From: an uncultured bacterium
GTDB lineage: Bacteria; Desulfobacterota; GWC2-55-46; DRQE01
Assembly: GCA_965371285.1 (NCBI GenBank)
Contig: CBDUXU010000002.1
Location: forward strand, 1-36,704
Reading direction: 5' to 3'
Length of the DNA stretch: 36,704 nt
Part shown: positions 23,022 to 32,300 of the stretch, in pieces
Position numbering within the stretch: the stretch's first letter is position 1
Layout: each line of letters begins with the position of its first letter
Notes under the pieces: model-generated
What the model was told of the DNA's origin: nothing
Seen by the model: only the letters and a program-made list of their open reading frames with translations
Databases searched by the model: none
Program-made: the position numbers and the translations under genes

Positions 23022-23181
23022 TTCAACCTATCAGAGGAGAAAATAGCCTGTTTTTCCTTGCCCCGCACTTTTATTTAAGCTACACTACATGTAGAGGTGG
23101 GTGGCTTATGCCCCCACTACATATTCTAAAAGCCAACTATTCTTATTTTCAAACAGTAGTCTTTATTTACAGTTAAAATAA

Positions 23182-23931
23182 ATGATAACTTCAAATCCAA
23201 AACACATATTATTAGCCGACGACTCCATGTTAATCAGGGCCCGCCTTGGCAATATGCTCGAAGAAGCAGGCCACCATGTCACCATAGCCGTTGACGGGGC
23301 AGCCGTCATTGACACCTTAAATGGCGGAAACATAAACTTTGACTTAATAATACTGGACATGAATATGGAACACATAAACGGCTTTGCAGTGCTGGAGTGG
23401 ATGAATGTTAATGGTTATATGCCCGGCATTCCGGTTCTCTGCATGACAGACTTCTCCAACCTTAACAAAGTGTCATGGAAGGCCTCGGAGATGGGGTCCA
23501 GCGGAACACTCATAAAAGGACTCACACCGGGGCAAACCATAGAAGCGGTAAACAAAGTACTCTTTCAGGAAACAGTTTCCTCCAGAACTGAGGAAAGAAT
23601 CCATACTTCTATACCGGCAATTTTTGAGATAGGCTCCGCAGGTCACGAAGGTACACTTCTTAATATTAGCAGAGGCGGGGTGTTTCTCAAGACTGATGTC
23701 AGGCTTTTTATCGGCTCCACCTTATCCCTTAAGTTTACTATCCCTGGGTTTGAAGACTCTCCCCTAACCCCCAAAGGCAAAGTTAACTGGCTTACCCCGG
23801 CAGAGAAAAAAAACGACTTCTTCACAGGGGCAGGAGTTAAGTTTAAGGTAATTACCGAGAGAAACAAAACTACCATAAACGAATTCCTGTCTAAACACGA
23901 AGACAAAGAAGAACAAGAGAAACAAGCCTAA
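23182..23931 (+). CDS. Response-regulator receiver fused to a PilZ c-di-GMP-binding domain (paralogue 1)
   Basis: 249-aa ORF. REC: ILLADDS, LIILDMNMEHINGF, VLCMTD, TLIKG. PilZ: RTEER (RxxxR) and NISRGGVF (D/NxSxxG). Confidence 0.85.
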   Translation: MITSNPKHILLADDSMLIRARLGNMLEEAGHHVTIAVDGAAVIDTLNGGNINFDLIILDMNMEHINGFAVLEWMNVNGYMPGIPVLCMTDFSNLNKVSWKASEMGSSGTLIKGLTPGQTIEAVNKVLFQETVSSRTEERIHTSIPAIFEIGSAGHEGTLLNISRGGVFLKTDVRLFIGSTLSLKFTIPGFEDSPLTPKGKVNWLTPAEKKNDFFTGAGVKFKVITERNKTTINEFLSKHEDKEEQEKQA

Positions 23932-24089
23932 CACCCCCATAATACCCTAGTGACTCCCTATTTTCTAAAATTTACCAACATAAAAACAGCTAATCAAGAA
24001 AGAACCTAACCTCTCAAAATTCTTAAACAATCCAGCCTTAACTACCCTAACCCTTCATAAATGGAAGACAAAACTACCCTAAGAGGCGA

Positions 24090-24118
24090 TTGACCGCCCC
24101 TGATTGGTGGATTATAAT
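24090..24118 (+). promoter_or_regulatory. Sigma70-type promoter upstream of the second REC-PilZ gene
   Basis: TTGACC (24090-24095), 17-nt spacer, TATAAT (24113-24118). AAAGAGG lies 7 nt upstream of the ATG at 24169. Confidence 0.55.
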
Positions 24119-24168
24119 TTACTTTCATACTCTATTAACCTTTAAACAGATATTAAAGAGGCCTATTT

Positions 24169-24876
24169 ATGATTACAAAGAACAAAAAAACAATTCTTAT
24201 TGCAGACAGTAGCATGCTTGGAAGATCCAGACTGGTAAGCATTTGTGAAGACGGTGGTCACAGGGTTATTACAGCCGATAATGGTCGAGAGCTTGCAGGG
24301 CATATTAAAAACAAACAAAGCATAGACCTGCTCCTTATGGATATGCACCTTGATAAAGTAGACGGGCTAAGAATGCTGGAATGGATAAATCTAAATTTAA
24401 GTAGAAGCTTTCCTATCCTATGCGTGGCATCAATGAACGAACATGATTCTTTATTGTGGAAAGTAAGGGACTTGGGGGCAGTGGGCCTTATATCTAAAAA
24501 CATGCCTGGCGAGGTGATATTAGAAAACATAAATGCTGCTCTCTTTAGCCATACTCAAAAAACCAGGCACAAAAAAAGAAAATTCACAACCATACCTGCA
24601 ACATTCAACCTGGGCATGCGTGATCATGGCGCTAGTATTCTCAACATAAGTCCCGGAGGTTTATTCTTGCACACCAACATGAACCTCCTTACCGGTTCAA
24701 AAGTAAAAGTTGACTTCACCCTCCCTGATAAAGAAAGAACACATATACAGGCTACAGGAACAATTAAATGGGCTACACCAAGGAATAAAAAAGAATCTGC
24801 ATTTTCGGGAGTTGGAATAATGTTTAATTCTGGCAGCGAGTCACCTGGACCCGGGCTGGCAGGTTTCCTGCCATAA
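24169..24876 (+). CDS. Response-regulator receiver fused to a PilZ c-di-GMP-binding domain (paralogue 2)
   Basis: 235-aa ORF. REC: ILIADSS, LLLMDMHLDKVDGL, ILCVAS, GLISKN. PilZ: RHKKR (RxxxR) and NISPGGLF. The N-terminus MITKNKKTILIAD parallels paralogue 1 (MITSNPKHILLAD). Confidence 0.85.
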   Translation: MITKNKKTILIADSSMLGRSRLVSICEDGGHRVITADNGRELAGHIKNKQSIDLLLMDMHLDKVDGLRMLEWINLNLSRSFPILCVASMNEHDSLLWKVRDLGAVGLISKNMPGEVILENINAALFSHTQKTRHKKRKFTTIPATFNLGMRDHGASILNISPGGLFLHTNMNLLTGSKVKVDFTLPDKERTHIQATGTIKWATPRNKKESAFSGVGIMFNSGSESPGPGLAGFLP

Positions 24877-24903
24877 ACAAACCACTCTCTTTTGGGAGGG
24901 AGT

Positions 24904-26160
24904 ATGTTTACCGGAGAACATACTCCCTCTGCCTCCCAAACCCCCTTCATATATGCTACACTTACAGCCATGAAACCTGTCTCCAGCCCCTATAAATTAG
25001 CCATATATTTTACTGCTTCGGCAATAATAACCATATTAGTTATTCCCATGCTTTATATAACCTTTGCCGATGGCGACAATATTCGTAACAATGAATGTGT
25101 CGTACTCCTTCACGGTTTAAACCGCTCCAACAAATCCATGTACCTCATGGAAAAATATTTAATTAAACAAGGCTACAAAACAGTTAATTATAATTACGAT
25201 TCCACAAACAAATCTATTCAGGAAATAGCCTCCGGCGATGTTAAAGCGGCAGTGTCGAGCTGCAAAAAAACCAAAACAAAGAAAATTCATTTTGTCACAC
25301 ACTCGCTGGGAGGAATAGTTGTTCGCCGGTACCTACAGGATAACAGCCTCCCTAAGGGAAGCCGTCTGGTCATGCTTGGACCGCCAAACAAAGGCAGCGA
25401 ACTCTCCGACTATTTCTCGGACCTAGAGCTCTTTAAATGGCTAAACGGAGATGCGGGAGTCGCCTTAACAACGGATAAAAAAAGCATTCCCAACTCACTA
25501 AACACAATTTCTAAAAACCTCATTGAGATTGGTGTTATTGCAGGGGATGTCAGTTTTAACCCCTTTTTCTCATACATAATTGGGGGCAGTGATGACGGGA
25601 AGGTTTCCGTTGAGAGTACCAGACTCTCTGAGATGACCGACTTTATTGTTATGACAACGAGCCATACTTTTATGATGAACAACCCTTTTGTAATGGAGCA
25701 GGTAAAAACCTTCCTGGAAAATGGTAAATTCAAACATAATGAAAACTCCATAGAAGAGGTAACGGAGAGCCTGGAGACCTTCAAAAGCGACGGGTGCAGC
25801 TTGTTCCCCAACGGCAACTTTATGAGCGCCTCTAAATCAGAACAAAACCTGTGGTGTGGCTGCTGCTTTCGCCACGACATGAGTTACTGGCAAGGAGGCT
25901 CGAGTGACCAGAGGCTTGCTGCTGACAATGAGTTCAAAAAGTGTATATTAGAAACCACCGGAAGCGAGGAACTTGCATCGCTTATGTTCAACGGGGTTCG
26001 CGGCGGAGGGTCGTCATTATACCCTACATGGTATCGCTGGGGTTACGGATGGCCTTACGGAAGAGGCGATAAGGAACTCACTAGACTGGAAAGAGAAGCG
26101 GTTTCCGGAAGACTTCTTGAGTATTACCAAAAAGACACACCTTATATATGCGGGGAGTAA
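24904..26160 (+). CDS. Membrane-anchored alpha/beta-hydrolase (lipase/esterase) fused to a C-terminal Cys-rich phospholipase-A2-like domain
   Basis: The ORF track starts at TTG 24892. ATG 24904 is preferred because GGGAGGG lies just upstream. TM helix LAIYFTASAIITILVIPMLYI, then VVLLHGLN and nucleophile elbow THSLGG (Ser codon 25303-25305). The C-terminal region has WCGCCFRHDMSYWQGG (nt 25861-25878 encode CCFRHD), resembling the PLA2 CCxxHD / HDxxY catalytic motif. Confidence 0.65.
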   Translation: MFTGEHTPSASQTPFIYATLTAMKPVSSPYKLAIYFTASAIITILVIPMLYITFADGDNIRNNECVVLLHGLNRSNKSMYLMEKYLIKQGYKTVNYNYDSTNKSIQEIASGDVKAAVSSCKKTKTKKIHFVTHSLGGIVVRRYLQDNSLPKGSRLVMLGPPNKGSELSDYFSDLELFKWLNGDAGVALTTDKKSIPNSLNTISKNLIEIGVIAGDVSFNPFFSYIIGGSDDGKVSVESTRLSEMTDFIVMTTSHTFMMNNPFVMEQVKTFLENGKFKHNENSIEEVTESLETFKSDGCSLFPNGNFMSASKSEQNLWCGCCFRHDMSYWQGGSSDQRLAADNEFKKCILETTGSEELASLMFNGVRGGGSSLYPTWYRWGYGWPYGRGDKELTRLEREAVSGRLLEYYQKDTPYICGE

Positions 26161-26168
26161 TATTTTAA

Positions 26169-27665
26169 ATGAACCTTAGAGAATCTAATTGGCATAACGC
26201 AGCAGGCGCGTCCTTTGACGCAGTTATTATAGGGGGAGGAATTAACGGAGCCTCTATATACAAACAACTATGCGATGAAGGCTACAAAGTGCTGCTCATT
26301 GACAAAGGAGATTTTAGCTCAGGTACGAGTCAGTCTTCTGGCATGATGATTTGGGGAGGACTCCTCTACCTAAAAGATTTTCATTTTTCTACAGTATATC
26401 GGTTATGCAGGGATCGAAGTAGAATACTGGAACTATACAAAAACGAAGTATCTCCAAAACAATTCAGGTACATACTTTCAAAAAAATACGGCCACAATAA
26501 ATTTTTAGTAGCACTAGCTGTTTATCTTTACTGGTTTATTGGACTGGTAAAGACCAAAAGGCCCCAGTTTCAAAATCACTTCAAAGAAACAGATTTTTTA
26601 AAAACAGACGATATTAAAACCTCTCTCATAATGGAAGAAGGGTTTCTGGCAGATTCGGACTCTAGGTTCGTACTGGACTGGATTCTGTCTAACCAAAACA
26701 AATATGCTATCGCTATGAACTACTGCTCTACAAATAAAGGTCAATACAGTAAAAAAGACAAAGAATGGACACTTGAATTAAAAGACCATTTTAAAAACAG
26801 AAACTGTACTATAAAGTCTAAGATTGTAATAAACTGCGCAGGTGTTTGGACAGACCAAGTCAATAAGGAATTCAATATTGAAGCTACACACAAACATGTC
26901 TTTAGTAAAGGTGTCTTTGTAGCTTTTCAAAGGCCTAAAAACCTTCATGACCCGTTAACATTTGACCTTGGAATAAATGACGATACAATTACACTAATTC
27001 CATGGGGATCTGTTGCGCTCTGGGGACCTACGGAAAACATGGTAGAGTCAATCGAAGAGGGTTTCAGTCCAAATTCTGATGACATAAACTTCCTCCTGCA
27101 CCACGCAAGCAAACACTTAAAGGACTCAATTACTAACTCTCCTATAGTTTCTCTGCGCTGCGGTATAAGGCCTCTTGCCGTAAAAAAATCATTTAACGAA
27201 ACTCCCTACCCCCTTAAACTATCAAGGGCTTTTAAGATTGACTCTAATAAAGACCGCCCATGGATATCAGTTTATGGTGGAAAAATAAGCGGCTGTCTCT
27301 CCATGGCAGAACAAGTAACAAAAATTGTTTTAAAAAAAATAACTCCTACAGGGCATATAACCGGTAATAATAATATCTTCACCTCTGACCATGACAGGAC
27401 CACTTTCCCGGGGCTAAGTAGTGCAATTCCAACAGTTAAATGGTCTGTAGATAATGAATTCTGCTGCACTCTCGATGACTACCTGAGGAGGAGAACAAAC
27501 ATTGCGCAGCAAATACCACGAGAAGGGTTGGGGCAAAATGACGAAAATCTTGAAATCATTAAGGCCATGGCAAAAGATATGCCAGACTACCAGGGCCGGA
27601 GTGACAGCTTAATCAATGATTATGTGGAAAAAGTAAAAAACAACTTTGACAAACTAACCGGTTAA
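26169..27665 (+). CDS. FAD-dependent oxidoreductase of the glycerol-3-phosphate dehydrogenase/oxidase (GlpD/DAO) family
   Basis: 498-aa ORF. N-terminal dinucleotide fold FDAVIIGGGINGASIY...LLIDKGDFSSGTSQSSGMM. INCAGVW, GGKISGCLSMAE and LDDYLRRRT resemble GlpD landmarks. Starts 8 nt after the upstream stop. Confidence 0.7.
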   Translation: MNLRESNWHNAAGASFDAVIIGGGINGASIYKQLCDEGYKVLLIDKGDFSSGTSQSSGMMIWGGLLYLKDFHFSTVYRLCRDRSRILELYKNEVSPKQFRYILSKKYGHNKFLVALAVYLYWFIGLVKTKRPQFQNHFKETDFLKTDDIKTSLIMEEGFLADSDSRFVLDWILSNQNKYAIAMNYCSTNKGQYSKKDKEWTLELKDHFKNRNCTIKSKIVINCAGVWTDQVNKEFNIEATHKHVFSKGVFVAFQRPKNLHDPLTFDLGINDDTITLIPWGSVALWGPTENMVESIEEGFSPNSDDINFLLHHASKHLKDSITNSPIVSLRCGIRPLAVKKSFNETPYPLKLSRAFKIDSNKDRPWISVYGGKISGCLSMAEQVTKIVLKKITPTGHITGNNNIFTSDHDRTTFPGLSSAIPTVKWSVDNEFCCTLDDYLRRRTNIAQQIPREGLGQNDENLEIIKAMAKDMPDYQGRSDSLINDYVEKVKNNFDKLTG

Positions 27666-27686
27666 GTAAATAATATTATCTAACAG

Positions 27687-28976
27687 ATGAAAAAGACAAA
27701 CTCCAACATACCTGCCATACTTGGCGGACCCAAATCAGTCACCCTTGAACACGGTGACATCAATAAATGGCCTATTCTTACCGGCAGGGACGAAGAAGCT
27801 GTGCTAAGTGTAATTCGCGGCGGTAATATTTCCACTCACCCTATTATAAGAGAACTGGAAAATGATTATGCCAGGCTTACAGACAGGCCGTATGCACTAT
27901 CACACAACAACGGGACTTCAGCGCTGCTCGCTGCATTTTATAGTATAGGTTTAAAACCAGGCGACGAGGTCCTTGTTCCTTCTGCAACTTTTTGGGCATC
28001 GGTCCTTCCTATGTTATGGGTTGGAGCAATCCCTGTTTTTTGTGAAAGCGAAAACGAGCGGCTGGGCATTGACCCAATTGACATGGAGAAAAAAATAACC
28101 GACAGAACCCGCGCCATTGTTGTAGTGCACCTTTGGGGTTTGCCCTGCAAAATGACTGAAATAACCAGACTGGCAAAAAAACACGGCCTGAAAATTATAG
28201 AAGACGCCTCGCATGCCCATGGGGCGACCTGGAGAGACAAAAAATGCGGTTCTCTTGGCGACATATCGGTATTTAGCCTCCAAGGCGACAAGCTTGCACC
28301 ATCAGGTGAAGGTGGTATGCTCCTATGCAATGAATACGAGTATTTCGAAAAAGCTGTTTCTATGGGAGATATTACGCGGATAATAGAGCTGGAAACCCCG
28401 GCCAGGAGGTTTGCTGCAACAAGTTTTGGCATAAAAACCAGGATGTCACCACTGTCAGCTGCAATAGGAAAGAACCAATTAAAAAACCTGGAGGAACATA
28501 ATAAAGTAAGGAATAAAAACCTTACATACCTCTCAGAAGGCCTTGAAGAGCTTGGCTTTAAAACTTTCCTTCCGCCTAAACACATAAAAAGAGTATATTT
28601 TGAATATTTAATTGAATTTAATGAGGCCGGTTCAGGACTATCACCAGCACTACCGCCAGCACTGCCAATAGATAAACTAATAAAAGCTCTGGAGAAAGAA
28701 GGGGTCCTGGTAGAACGACCACGATACCCGCTACTTCACCAGCAGCCTTTTTTCACCGAAGGGGCTTTTAAAGATATCCTTCGCCTCCCGGAAGGAACAC
28801 CTCTACCTGATTATAATAAATGTTCTCTGCCAATAACTGAAGCCAGTAACAATAAGCTGCTAAAACTTCCTTCGTTCCCGGGCAGGGATAATGGCATCAT
28901 AGACCAGTATTTAAGAGCGTTTAAAAAAGTTATCAACCACTTAGAAGAAATTGAAGACCTGAAAATAGATGACTAA
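27687..28976 (+). CDS. DegT/DnrJ/EryC1/StrS-family PLP-dependent aminotransferase
   Basis: 429-aa ORF. HNNGTSALL, DEVLVPSATFWAS, IIEDASHAHG and VFSLQGDKLAPSGEGGML (PLP lysine in the SxxxxKxxxxGEGG pattern). Confidence 0.85.
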   Translation: MKKTNSNIPAILGGPKSVTLEHGDINKWPILTGRDEEAVLSVIRGGNISTHPIIRELENDYARLTDRPYALSHNNGTSALLAAFYSIGLKPGDEVLVPSATFWASVLPMLWVGAIPVFCESENERLGIDPIDMEKKITDRTRAIVVVHLWGLPCKMTEITRLAKKHGLKIIEDASHAHGATWRDKKCGSLGDISVFSLQGDKLAPSGEGGMLLCNEYEYFEKAVSMGDITRIIELETPARRFAATSFGIKTRMSPLSAAIGKNQLKNLEEHNKVRNKNLTYLSEGLEELGFKTFLPPKHIKRVYFEYLIEFNEAGSGLSPALPPALPIDKLIKALEKEGVLVERPRYPLLHQQPFFTEGAFKDILRLPEGTPLPDYNKCSLPITEASNNKLLKLPSFPGRDNGIIDQYLRAFKKVINHLEEIEDLKIDD

Positions 28977-29343
28977 TAAAAACACTAAATACAGCTTATT
29001 ACTACGATTTGCCAATGTGTTGTTTCATATAACACACCTAACGACTATTTCATTTTTTTTGTTTGCATGGCTTTTTGAAGAAACAAGGGCTGCTCATTAT
29101 ATACTTTCAATATTAATACTACTCTCCTGGCATCTACTAAACTGCTGCCTCATAACTGAAATACAGTGGCGAATAAAAGGGCTTTTAGGCGAGAGGCCCC
29201 CTCATGATCAGTATGTAAAATATCTGCTTGATAAAATAACTCGGCGCGACTTAAATCCCGATGCAACTGATAAACTAACTAAATATACTTATTATATAAT
29301 TCTAGTAATTGCTACAATACTGCTGATTGACAAAAAGTTCTAA
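28969..29343 (+). CDS. Small integral membrane protein of unknown function (possibly DUF2784-like)
   Basis: 124-aa ORF overlapping the aminotransferase stop by 8 nt. Three hydrophobic helices. The CCLITEIQWRIKG segment resembles the CPLT..E motif I associate with DUF2784, which is a weak recollection. Confidence 0.5.
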   Translation: MTNKNTKYSLLLRFANVLFHITHLTTISFFLFAWLFEETRAAHYILSILILLSWHLLNCCLITEIQWRIKGLLGERPPHDQYVKYLLDKITRRDLNPDATDKLTKYTYYIILVIATILLIDKKF

Positions 29344-29353
29344 ATTGAGGATC

Positions 29354-32300
29354 CTACTTGCGACCGGTAACCTCTTTAGCCAGTTTTTGAATACCCTTTA
29401 AGTCCAGCTTGCCTGAGCCAAGGAGGGGAAACTCCTCTACTTCATAAAATTCTTTTGGTATCCAAAGGCTGCTTATACCTTCGGCTTTTAGTTTTTCACT
29501 TACACTGCCCCTATCCATCAGACCACTTACCTCTGGCAGGTACAGAACAACAAGTTTTTCACCCTTTGCCTCATCCACCGCTGAAGAAACTACCATCATC
29601 TGGGAGTCCAGTTTAAATACCTTATGGAGGACCTCTTCTATCTGTATGTGGGGAACCATCTCTCCTGCTATCTTTGAGAAACGGCTGAGGCGGCCTACAA
29701 TATAAATAAACCCCTCATCATCAATCCTGCCTATATCCCCCGTAACATAATAACCATTATGGGTAGCCTCTTCGGTCCTCAGACTGTCGTTTAAATAACC
29801 TTCCATCCTGCTTGCGCCGCTAACAAGCAGCATTCCATCTTCATTGCTGGAGAGTTCTTTATCATAATTCTCCGGGTTTACTACCTTAACTGACACTCCC
29901 GGCAGCGGCAGACCCACGCTGCCTTCTTTTGTGCCTTTTTGGCTCACCCCCTTTTCATTATAGTTTGGAATATTACAAGACACTATAGGGCTCATCTCCG
30001 TCGCGCCGTAACCTTCTACAATAGAAACAGAGAACTTTTCATAAAAAGCCTCTGATACATTTGCCCTAAGTTTTTCTGCCCCTGCCACGGCAAGCCTTAA
30101 ATGACTAAACTGGTCGGTTGTACATTTTCTTGCATAAAGACTATAAAATGTCGGAGTGCCTAACATTAAAGTCGCCTTGTATTTGCCTGCCATCTCACCC
30201 ACTACCTTGGCGTCCAGTGGGTCGGGAACATAAACCGTGAACACGCCCTTAAGCATACTCAGCCACAGAGTAATCGTATAACCAAAAGAATGAAAAAGCG
30301 GGAGGGATCCGATAAGGGTGTCTTTATTATTAAACTGGACAATTTCATTTGCCATCTCTAAGTTACTCATAATGTTGTTATGAGTAAGAACAATTCCCTT
30401 CGGGTCACCGGTAGATCCGCTTGAGAATATAACAGTTGCCATATCCCCGCTTAAGTGGGTACTTTTATTGTAAAGGTAATCAATCACCACCGATGGCAAT
30501 ACTATGACAGCAAGAGTTGTAACTATTTTAGGTAATAACCCAATACTTTTTGCCATGTCTTCCAGATAAACAAAACAGTCCCTTTTTTCAAGCCCCAGCT
30601 TTTTTATAAAAAGCTTGGAAGTTATGATTCTTTCTATATTACATTTTTCTATATATTTCGTTATGGCATCTTCCCCTGCAGTGAAGTTTAAGTTAACCGC
30701 CACCCTGCCCGAAAGTGATACGGCAATATTTATAATTACTGCGGCAGATGACGAGGGAAGTATAATTCCTACCATTTCGTCCTTATCACCTTTAGATGAT
30801 ATAAGTTTTGACATAAGGATTGATGATGTCAGGAGTTTGAAATATTTAATAGGTTTGCCTGTAATGTCGGCAGCTGCATTATGGAATTTAAAATGTTTTG
30901 CAGTCCTTATAAAACTGGAGGCAAGGGTTTTGTAATCCTCCGTTCTCCTGTGAAAGGCCTTTGAGCCTAGCTCCAATACCTTTTGCCTAAGTGTAAAGGC
31001 AGTGGTATTTTTATCTACAGGGTCGCCAAAAAATAAAACTACTGGATAGGGAACTCTCTCGGGAATTTTTTTAAAAAACTTAGACCATTTAAAAGAGAAG
31101 ATACTACCCCAAAGTTTGTCCATATAAACAGGGATTATTACAGTCTCATCAGGCGCCTTCCTTAAAATAAGTTCAACACCCCTTTTGAAGGGAAGGAGGA
31201 ATCCAATTCTGGTAATACTCCCCTCCGGAAATATACATATAACATCACCGTTACCTAAAGCCTCGGCAGTCTTGTCTATGGCGTCTTTTGCCCTGGTCTC
31301 AGAGATGGGGATACACCCTGCCATCCTGAGGATCCAGCCAATAAGGGGTTTATCAAAATAACTCTCATAAACCACAAAACGCACCTTCCTGTGAGGTACG
31401 CCAAATTGAAGCACCAACCCGTCTACAAAACTAAGATGATTGGGAGTAAGTAGGACTGGTCCGCTATCAGGTATTTTGTCTACTCCAACAGTGTCAATTT
31501 TGTAAACAGTATTTGTCAGTACTCCCAAAATGAGCCTGAAAAATGCCTCAGGCAGGAGCCTGAAAACAAAAACCGTAACAACAAGGCTTATAGACCCCAA
31601 TATCAATAAAGTATCGCCGGGAGTAAGTTTCATAATACCTGTGAAAAAACCTAAGGCAGCGGCAGCAACAATCATTCCTACATTTTCAAACATCGTAGAT
31701 ATTGCAATGAACCTGCCCCTTTTTTCATCATCACTTTCCAGCTGCAAAAGAGTATTAAGAGGCACCATAAACATTCCTCCAAACATTCCAATTAAAAAAA
31801 TATCACCTACAGCCAACCAATAATTATCTGCCAGTGTGGGAAGCAGAAAAGAGGTAACACACATGCCCAGAGACCCTACAGGAATGAAACCTGTTTCCAC
31901 CCTATAAATGGAAAGTTTTGCTACAATCAGAGAACCCATAGCAACACCGATACTTAAATAAACAAAGAGAAAGGCCGCGGAAGAGATTTTATCCATTCCC
32001 ATTTCATTTGTGCCAAAAAGCAGCAGCGCCAAATATAAAAAGCTTGCAGCAAACCAAAAATAACTGTTGCCTATGACAGTCAACCTTAAAATGCGGTTGT
32101 CAAAAACCTCACCTACATTGGCAAAAAACTCTTTCATGGTAAAAACATTTTCTGACTTCCCCGAGAGCGGCTCCAGCCTGAATGTAAAAACAAAACCTAT
32201 AAGGCTGAAGATTACAAGTATTGCCACAGGTATAATTACAGAAAGTCCTTCGCCTCCCTCTGTGAACTTTTCAAATAAAAACGGCCCTGCTACAGTGCCT

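Noticed and set aside
27938-28585. Long antisense or embedded ORFs from the six-frame track: 215 aa and 89 aa opposite the DegT gene, 156 aa opposite the lipase gene (25410-25880), 127/140/115 aa opposite dabA, 128 aa opposite the cyclodeaminase-like gene, 114 aa opposite CheY, 106-112 aa opposite the Aas fusion, 91-98 aa opposite the CheW-LysM gene, and others.
   Set aside because: Each lies wholly inside, and opposite to, an ORF with clear family motifs. Their translations are Ser/Pro/Leu/Arg-rich low-complexity strings typical of non-coding frames, and none has a ribosome-binding site.
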